Assembly: GCA_050293845.1 (NCBI GenBank)
Contig: JBNKNM010000190.1
Coordinates: 1-11,065 of the forward strand
Source of the DNA: Pseudobacteriovorax sp.
GTDB lineage: Bacteria; Bdellovibrionota_B; Oligoflexia; Oligoflexales; Oligoflexaceae
DNA length: 11,065 bases
Direction of reading: 5' to 3'
In this document: one piece after another, positions 1 to 6,218 of the stretch
Numbering within the stretch: position 1 is the stretch's first letter
Layout: each line of letters starts with the position of its first letter
Made by a program: the position numbers and the translations under genes
Notes under the pieces: generated by a model
What the model saw: the letters and a program-made list of their open reading frames with translations, nothing else
The model's database searches: none
What the model was told of the DNA's origin: nothing

Positions 1-645
1 TGTACAAAAATTTTTATCACCACTTGTATCAAGAGTTTCATTAAAGTTCCAAAATACCCAACTTTCAAATCTTGTAGGTAATTCTGAATTAATTAACGTT
101 CGTCCTCCAATCACCGCATTAGGGTCATCAGGTGAACCTATTGCACCAATGAAAGAAGCTCGGGGACGATTTATAGAAAAATCTTTTCTTATAGTACCGC
201 CATCATTAACGAGCACGACACTAAAATCAAAAGGCCCACCAGTAACCGGGGTCGTGATTTTGACCTCTTGGGTTTCATTGTTATCACTGGGATCAATGCG
301 CCATCCAATTTGACTAGGCGCTGCAATTCGTATTTTTTCGCCGCCTGTACCACTGTAGAGTAGGACTGATATTTCATCTAAACTGACTCCTAAGCCATGC
401 CTTATTATAACATTCTGATTAGACTGAATTCCAGTATATTCAGCGTAGCGAGAATTAATATTGTCTCCGACTTTCTCCCAAGCCCGTCGCACCTTGTCAT
501 ATAGTGGTCTACCACCTGGGTCTTCAAATGCCGGGTATACTATTCCAAGCCTTGAGACTACAAGATCCGAGGTTTGCGAAAATATTGCAACCCCAACTAA
601 AATGCTAGCCATTATGATACTTAGGCTAATATTTTTTCGAACCAT
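1..645 (-). CDS. Partial (3' end off-window) hypothetical protein, >=215 aa, with an N-terminal signal-peptide-like segment; possible tail fibre/virion appendage protein
   Basis: Translated by hand; absent from the ORF track because it has no stop in the window. MVRKNISLSIIMASILVGVAIFSQTSDLVVSRLGIVYPAFEDPGG...VIIRHGLGVSLDEISVLLY...SWVFWNFNETLDTSGDKNFCT is open from ATG 645 to base 1. SD-like AAGGA about 6 nt upstream; overlaps the end of the 621..998 gene. Product call is inference. Confidence 0.8.
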   Translation of the reverse strand, partial: MVRKNISLSIIMASILVGVAIFSQTSDLVVSRLGIVYPAFEDPGGRPLYDKVRRAWEKVGDNINSRYAEYTGIQSNQNVIIRHGLGVSLDEISVLLYSGTGGEKIRIAAPSQIGWRIDPSDNNETQEVKITTPVTGGPFDFSVVLVNDGGTIRKDFSINRPRASFIGAIGSPDDPNAVIGGRTLINSELPTRFESWVFWNFNETLDTSGDKNFCT

Positions 646-998
646 TTTTCATCCTTTCTTACAAAATGTCGTGTAAACCCTGTTTTATACAGTTCAACTT
701 TATAGTTGTGAGAGATAAGGGAAAGACCGATAACCTTAGATTGATTACTAACAAAGGGATTTATCGCAATCCATCTAAACTGGACATATTCATTTGCCGG
801 TACTGCATAGACTTCAAGAGGTTGATCTTGAAAATCTGCGGCAATCTCAATAGTAGCCCTACGAAGACCATAGCGAGTGTATGAACAAGCTTTATCGGTA
901 TACTCATCAGCCCTTCCATCCCAAGGCCCATGCCTGTCAAATTCGTCATAAACGAGCTTCCAGCGAAGCATGATTTTATCTTGAACCTCTTGATCCAT
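621..998 (-). CDS. Hypothetical phage protein, 125 aa
   Basis: Strong SD (AGGAGAAAAT-ATG). Starts 8 nt after the stop of 1007..1669 and overlaps the next gene, as in an operon. No recognisable motif. Confidence 0.8.
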   Translation of the reverse strand: MDQEVQDKIMLRWKLVYDEFDRHGPWDGRADEYTDKACSYTRYGLRRATIEIAADFQDQPLEVYAVPANEYVQFRWIAINPFVSNQSKVIGLSLISHNYKVELYKTGFTRHFVRKDEKWFEKILA

Positions 999-1006
999 AT
1001 TTTCTC

Positions 1007-1669
1007 CTAGGCTGTGAATGAATAGCTGATGTTAAGGGCAAGCTGAATGGTCCCGCTCACCTGTGAACCTTTTGGCATGTAAATTCTAAGGGCAAAAAAA
1101 GCGGCGGTCCCTAGGGTTGAATCTACCCCGATGGTGCCTTCAAATGGGGTTACTGCTTTCTTAGCAATGCCATTATCGTTATAAACCATAGCGGTCGCAG
1201 CAATGGGTATCCCTCGGCTAAGCTCTGATCCAGCGCCGCTATCGCCAAAAACTCTTACTTCAGTGGGTCTTGATGCTCTATCAAAGCGTGCAAGGTTATT
1301 CACCTCAATAGGACTAAATTCTACCCACAGGCCCGACGAATGACCATCTTGATTGTTTTTCGAACTTCCTGAGCCGGCTCCAAGGGAAAGGATGGAATCA
1401 AAGTTATTTTGTGAGCTTGCTGAACCCCCGTAAACTTGATCTGTGGAAGCTGTGTAGTCTCCGATGAAAAGTTTAACGTCTTGGATCGGTTCGTTACCAT
1501 CATGTCTTACAAACACATTTAATTGACCTGTGTTTGACTCTTTGTCGATAAGTGGAGCATAAGCACCGTCTGATACTACACCCAAATCAGCACCAATGCC
1601 GCCACCAGCGAGCTGATCGTTATAGTTATCTTGGCTATCTATTGACGGTGTGATTAGCAGTGCAACCAT
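1007..1669 (-). CDS. Hypothetical protein, 220 aa, Gly/Ser/Asp-rich and beta-strand patterned; probable virion structural protein
   Basis: Very strong SD (GAGGAGGGGCT-ATG). First gene of the leftward operon. C-terminal beta pattern FFALRIYMP...GTIQLALNISYSFTA. Function inferred from composition and context only. Confidence 0.8.
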   Translation of the reverse strand: MVALLITPSIDSQDNYNDQLAGGGIGADLGVVSDGAYAPLIDKESNTGQLNVFVRHDGNEPIQDVKLFIGDYTASTDQVYGGSASSQNNFDSILSLGAGSGSSKNNQDGHSSGLWVEFSPIEVNNLARFDRASRPTEVRVFGDSGAGSELSRGIPIAATAMVYNDNGIAKKAVTPFEGTIGVDSTLGTAAFFALRIYMPKGSQVSGTIQLALNISYSFTA

Positions 1670-1752
1670 AGCCCCTCCTCAAAAGAAGCTTATAGCCTGC
1701 AACATAGCAATATGGGAAACCTGCTCAGTCTAATGTTGTTTTGAGTAAGCTT

Positions 1753-1776
1753 ATTTTATTCAATAAAATCATAGCA
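1753..1776 (-). promoter_or_regulatory. Candidate leftward extended -10 promoter (TGcTATGAT, 1776-1768) overlapping a perfect 8-1-8 palindrome ATTTTATT-C-AATAAAAT (1753-1769)
   Basis: Both elements read directly from the sequence. The predicted start site (~1761) is at the palindrome centre. No good -35 at 17-bp spacing. The AT-rich context raises the chance of coincidence. Confidence 0.4.
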
Positions 1777-1842
1777 CAAAAAAATTTACGCTTTTTTCAA
1801 ACCAAACAATTTTAGAACAGCACGATTTTGTAGCTTAGCACT

Positions 1843-1874
1843 CTGAAATATCCTTTCTATGACAGATATTTCAG
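1843..1874 (+). promoter_or_regulatory. Perfect 10-bp inverted repeat CTGAAATATC-N12-GATATTTCAG overlapping the terL ribosome-binding site
   Basis: Arms at 1843-1852 and 1865-1874, extendable as RNA by U1842-G1875 and C1841-G1876. The right arm runs into the SD-like AGGGG (1873-1877) before TTG 1884. Confidence 0.6.
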
Positions 1875-1883
1875 GGGTTAGGG

Positions 1884-3368
1884 TTGAGTGAAGCCAAAAC
1901 AGTTAGAATAGAGATTCCACCGCCACACGGGGAGATCCAACGGCAGATCATGACTTTTTTTAGTCACCCACATGCTGAAGAACTCTTTATTTGTTGCGGC
2001 ACAAAATTTGGAAAGACCTTTTCTTGTGGGGCTGCAATGTCACTTTCGGCCCCGGTGCTACCTTCATCGCGCTGGGGCTGGTCTGCTCCTGTCTATCGAC
2101 AATCTAAAATCGGTTTTGACCTGATTCGAAAACTTTTACCCGAACAGTTTATAAAGCCGAATAAATCAGAATTGACTATTGGAATCAACGGTATCAATAC
2201 CGACATGTTCTTTGTCCACGGTAAAGATCCAGAGAAAACCATTGAAGGGGATCGGGTTGACGGCTGGGTCATCGATGAAGCCTCAAAACAAAAGCCCGAT
2301 GTTTATGCTTCAATCCGTACGACTGTTACCCACACGCGCTCACTCGGACGCGGTAAGATTATCGCACCCTCGACCCCATTAGGAAAAAACTCCTGGTTCT
2401 ATAAAAAATGCATGGCTGCAAAACTTGAAATGGAAAGAGCAGCATACGAGGGAAGATATCCAAAAAGTCTTTTTCTCACTGCTCCTACGGCGGCCAATCC
2501 TCATATAGCTAAGGAAGTTATCAAGGAAGCTAGGCGCACTCTGCCTGAACGACTTTTCAAGCAATACTATGAAGCAAAATTCATTGATGATGGTGACATA
2601 TTTCAAAATGTCAGTGACTGCCTATTTGGCCAAGAAATAACGACCATCCCTGATTATTATGAAATCATTGATCCGAAAGCTGATCAATACGATGTTGTCA
2701 TCGGTGCCGATTGGGCGAGAAAGCCAGACGGTGATTACACTGTATTTGTGGCCGTAGCTTATGGTCATCCCGATAGTCCCAGGGTTGTTGGATTCCATAG
2801 GTCCCGCGGCTTAAACTTTACTCAGCAAATAGCAAACCTCTACAAATTTTCAAAGCGGTTCTACGGCACGACTTTAATACTCCATGATATGACTGGAATG
2901 GGAACCGCGATCGAGGACCAGTTAAGGGAGACAGACCTACCGACTGAAGGTATTAATTTTACGATGCAGTCCAAAGCCGAGATGGCTACTAAGCTTATTA
3001 CTACATTAGAACAAAAGCGGATATTAATACCTAATATCAAAGTTATTAGGGATGAGCTTGAAGCGTATCAGCTTACCATCACAGAAAATGGAAATATGTT
3101 GTTTAGTGCTCCTATAGGTATGAACGATGATACTGTCGCAGCCTTAATGCTAGTGAATACGGGAATGCTCAGATTTGTTGATACTAGTTCAGCTATCTTG
3201 CTGCTGGATCAGCTTTCTCCACTGCAATCATATTACGACGAACTTATAGAAGACTCAATTTGGTCGGAAGGTGAAATCTTTACTGACAGCGAAAAAGGAC
3301 TTATGGAATGGATAGGAATAACGACAAGGCCCGACATAGCTTATCTACGTTCGAAAATAGAGAACTAA
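1884..3368 (+). CDS. terL: Phage terminase large subunit (T4/T5-like Terminase_6-type ATPase plus RNase H-like nuclease)
   Basis: Walker A GTKFGKT, Walker B GWVIDEA, coupling motif PSTPLG, nuclease acidic motifs IGADWA, DYTVF, LHDMTGMG and NDDTVAAL. Directly upstream of the portal. TTG start. Confidence 0.95.
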   Translation: MSEAKTVRIEIPPPHGEIQRQIMTFFSHPHAEELFICCGTKFGKTFSCGAAMSLSAPVLPSSRWGWSAPVYRQSKIGFDLIRKLLPEQFIKPNKSELTIGINGINTDMFFVHGKDPEKTIEGDRVDGWVIDEASKQKPDVYASIRTTVTHTRSLGRGKIIAPSTPLGKNSWFYKKCMAAKLEMERAAYEGRYPKSLFLTAPTAANPHIAKEVIKEARRTLPERLFKQYYEAKFIDDGDIFQNVSDCLFGQEITTIPDYYEIIDPKADQYDVVIGADWARKPDGDYTVFVAVAYGHPDSPRVVGFHRSRGLNFTQQIANLYKFSKRFYGTTLILHDMTGMGTAIEDQLRETDLPTEGINFTMQSKAEMATKLITTLEQKRILIPNIKVIRDELEAYQLTITENGNMLFSAPIGMNDDTVAALMLVNTGMLRFVDTSSAILLLDQLSPLQSYYDELIEDSIWSEGEIFTDSEKGLMEWIGITTRPDIAYLRSKIEN

Positions 3369-5464
3369 AAGGCTTGTTAGTAAAGAGTGCTGGCGGTTGG
3401 GAAACGATCGAAAACCGTTTTGCAACAACCGGCCACTATAAAGAGACAACTCGTTTTACAGCAAACAAGCTCGATCTAAAGGGCCTATTTTTTACTGAAG
3501 ATTGGGTCTATATTGTCTGCGATCTTGTGGCTTCAAAGCTTCACAATCAGAAATTAAAGGTTTATCGCAGGGAGCTTATCAAGGGTCGCTACCTTCATTT
3601 TTTGGAAGAGGGACACCCGCTACAAGAATCACTTGAAGACCCCAACGAGTTTCATGACTACCACTCTTGGATGTATGTCATTGCGGTTGATCTTGTGCTC
3701 ATGGGTAACGCTGTACTGTGGGCAACTCGGACACAGGGCACCATCCCCATACCAGCAGAGAACATCGAACTTGAGATCAGCGAAAAGCGTGGCGTCATTT
3801 CGGGCTATCTTGTGATAGATCCCGCTAATCCTGGACTTAAAAAACTAAGGATCAGACCAAGCGAGATAATCCACGTGAAACGGCCCAATCCATCAAGCTA
3901 TTACTGGGGGCTTTCAGCTTTTGTCCCAGGGTCAAGGGCTGTACTTTTTAACCGTTTTACCTCCGAATTTTTAAACAACTACTATATCAAGGGAGCGCAA
4001 CCACAATTTGCCATTAAGATCGGTAACGCAAACGAACGCTCAGCCTTGCGTCTACTACGATCATTTGAACAAGCTTACACCGGAAGGCAGCAACAACGTA
4101 GGCCCATCATCTTACCTGCCGGGGTAGACATAACCCCAACTGAAACAAAGCTCGGCGATCAAAAGCTAAGCGAGTATGTCAAACTAAATCGAGAAACGGT
4201 GATCAATCTTCTCGGTGCTCCTAAGCACGAATTTTCGATCAATGAATCAGGCTCTATGGGCTCAGAGGAAACTAAACAGGCCCTAAAGAACTTTTGGGCG
4301 CGGACCTTGCTCCCCTCACAACGTCTTGTTGCAGGGAACATGACAAAGCACTATCGGCGATTAGGTAAGCTCGATCGCAATCATTTGCTAATGTTCGACA
4401 ATAGTGACGTAGAGATCTTGCAAGAAGATAAAAAAGCCAAGGCTGAACTTGCACGGGAAATGCTGTCTGTTCACACCATAAACGAAGTAAGAGCCGAACT
4501 TTATTCCATTGAACCACACCCAGACGGTGACGCCCTTGGTCCTAAACCTTTTGAGCAATCGGTAGTAGGTAGGGAGCCAGCAGAGGAAGAGCCTGAAGAA
4601 AAAGCACTCACTCAAAAAGATCTTAAACTTGATGATTGGTTCGAGACTAAAGCCCAGATCCGTAACGCTAAGGCTGACCAGGATGAGGAGCAAATAACTG
4701 AGCTTGGTCTTAATATCTATCTTGCGGTGCTTGATGAGCTACTTTCGGTAGTCAGTTCTGAACTTGCCAGGGTCACAAAAAGCTATGCCAGCCTTACCGT
4801 AAAAGAGTTCCAAAATAGTAGCCAATCACTGAAAAATATTTTTTTGGAAATTTTTTCTGACTACGAGGAGAGCTTTACCGAAGGTTTTACAAATATTACA
4901 GAAAGTAGCTTTGACTATGGCTTTGCTACGGCCTTTGAGACCCCTTTTTCAAAACAACTTCAGCACACCTTGCTTTCTGATTCAATTAGCGCCGGAGATG
5001 ATGCAAGCAGGGCGCAATTACGTGTCCGTGGCATTAAAGCTTTCAGCGGATTCTCAGAAGCAACAACCGAGAGCATGATGGGCGTGATTGAAGCAGGGCT
5101 AGCAAGACATAAAGCACAAGATGAAATCCTAATCGATCTTAAAGAGAAGGTCTTGAATGCCAATGCTCGCACTTTTCAGCTTAGGCGTATGGGACGCACC
5201 GAAAGCTATACTGCTCAGGCCCTAGGAAAAGAATCTGGTTTTAGGATCGCTGCAAAAGAAAACCCTGACCTTAGGAAAATGTGGCTTACTAGTGGATCAT
5301 CAGCGGTAAGGGATGAGCATATCCCTTTGCATCGGGAAACCGTTGGGATCAACGAAACCTTTAGTAACGGCTTGCGCTTTCCTCACGATCCCAATGGATC
5401 AGCTAAACAGGTAGTTAATTGTGTCTGTGATGTAGTTATCGTGGGAGATCAGAGCGATGCTTAA
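3308..5464 (+). CDS. HK97-family portal protein (~aa 1-410) fused to a Mu gpF / SPP1 gp7-like minor head morphogenesis domain
   Basis: Portal motifs VYIVCDLVAS, DLVLMGNA, EIIHVKRPNP..YWGLS, YYIKGAQP and TINEVRAEL..EPHPDGD. C-terminal gpF-like motifs RTE, KMWLT...VRDEH..L and FSNGLRFPHDP....QVVNCVC. SD AAGGA 8 nt upstream; overlaps terL by 61 nt. Confidence 0.92.
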   Translation: MDRNNDKARHSLSTFENRELKGLLVKSAGGWETIENRFATTGHYKETTRFTANKLDLKGLFFTEDWVYIVCDLVASKLHNQKLKVYRRELIKGRYLHFLEEGHPLQESLEDPNEFHDYHSWMYVIAVDLVLMGNAVLWATRTQGTIPIPAENIELEISEKRGVISGYLVIDPANPGLKKLRIRPSEIIHVKRPNPSSYYWGLSAFVPGSRAVLFNRFTSEFLNNYYIKGAQPQFAIKIGNANERSALRLLRSFEQAYTGRQQQRRPIILPAGVDITPTETKLGDQKLSEYVKLNRETVINLLGAPKHEFSINESGSMGSEETKQALKNFWARTLLPSQRLVAGNMTKHYRRLGKLDRNHLLMFDNSDVEILQEDKKAKAELAREMLSVHTINEVRAELYSIEPHPDGDALGPKPFEQSVVGREPAEEEPEEKALTQKDLKLDDWFETKAQIRNAKADQDEEQITELGLNIYLAVLDELLSVVSSELARVTKSYASLTVKEFQNSSQSLKNIFLEIFSDYEESFTEGFTNITESSFDYGFATAFETPFSKQLQHTLLSDSISAGDDASRAQLRVRGIKAFSGFSEATTESMMGVIEAGLARHKAQDEILIDLKEKVLNANARTFQLRRMGRTESYTAQALGKESGFRIAAKENPDLRKMWLTSGSSAVRDEHIPLHRETVGINETFSNGLRFPHDPNGSAKQVVNCVCDVVIVGDQSDA

Positions 5465-6206
5465 ATATTTATTTTGTAATTTTGATACTAAGACTAAGGG
5501 CGATCTTACCATCGAAGGCTACGCTAATCTTTCTGTGAAAGATGGTAAACCTTTTATTGACCGTGGTGATGATTTCATAGAACCAGGGGCCTGGGACTTA
5601 TCGGAGTTTAAAGAAAACCCTGTTCTTATGATTATTCATACCATGGGTTCCAGTGATCTTGTATCAAAGCTTAATATTGGGGTTATCGATGCCATTGAGG
5701 TTGATGAGCAAGGTTTAAGGGTCAAGGCTACTCTAACCAAGTCAAAGCATCCCGATATGCTACATATAAAGACTTTGATCAAAGAGGGATCGCTAAAATC
5801 CTTTTCAGTTGGATTTGAAACCATTGAATCTATCCAAGGTGAAATCGAGGGAAAGTCAGTAAGGATTGTTAAAAAAGCAAAGCTTGTTGAAATCTCTGTC
5901 GTCCCAATTCCTGAAAATCAATACAGCTTTTTTACAACAAAATGCTTTAACCAAAAGGAATTTAGGCAAGAATTTTTAACCATGAAAAATGTACTCACCG
6001 AGCCTACGGTAATTGATATTGAACCATTAAAATCTGAAGTCCAGACAACCAATCGGCTACTAAAACATCTATTACTGAAATTTGACAATATTAAGTTCCT
6101 CCAGCCTAAGCCAGCCGGTGAAGGTGTAGAGACTGAGACAGAGACCAAAAAAGTTAAAGAGCTTGAATCAAAGATTGATCAAATGCTTGAAAGATTTGGC
6201 AAATAG
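5457..6206 (+). CDS. HK97-family prohead maturation protease
   Basis: IEGYA, DRGDDFIEPGAW, NPVLMIIH (catalytic His), GSLKSFSVGF (catalytic Ser) and LVEISVVPIPEN. Lies between portal and capsid. Confidence 0.95.
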   Translation: MLKYLFCNFDTKTKGDLTIEGYANLSVKDGKPFIDRGDDFIEPGAWDLSEFKENPVLMIIHTMGSSDLVSKLNIGVIDAIEVDEQGLRVKATLTKSKHPDMLHIKTLIKEGSLKSFSVGFETIESIQGEIEGKSVRIVKKAKLVEISVVPIPENQYSFFTTKCFNQKEFRQEFLTMKNVLTEPTVIDIEPLKSEVQTTNRLLKHLLLKFDNIKFLQPKPAGEGVETETETKKVKELESKIDQMLERFGK

Positions 6207-6218
6207 CAAGGAGAGATT

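Noticed and set aside
189..949. Track ORFs 189..377(-), 461..676(+), 666..884(+) and 761..949(-)
   Set aside because: Alternative-frame or antisense shadows of the better supported 1..645 and 621..998 genes.
1817..1834. Sigma54-like CAGCACGATTTTGTA
   Set aside because: Lacks the invariant GG and GC at the required spacing.
6128..6146. GAGAC(T/A) micro-repeat
   Set aside because: Only three degenerate units encoding ETETET in a linker; not an array or contingency locus.
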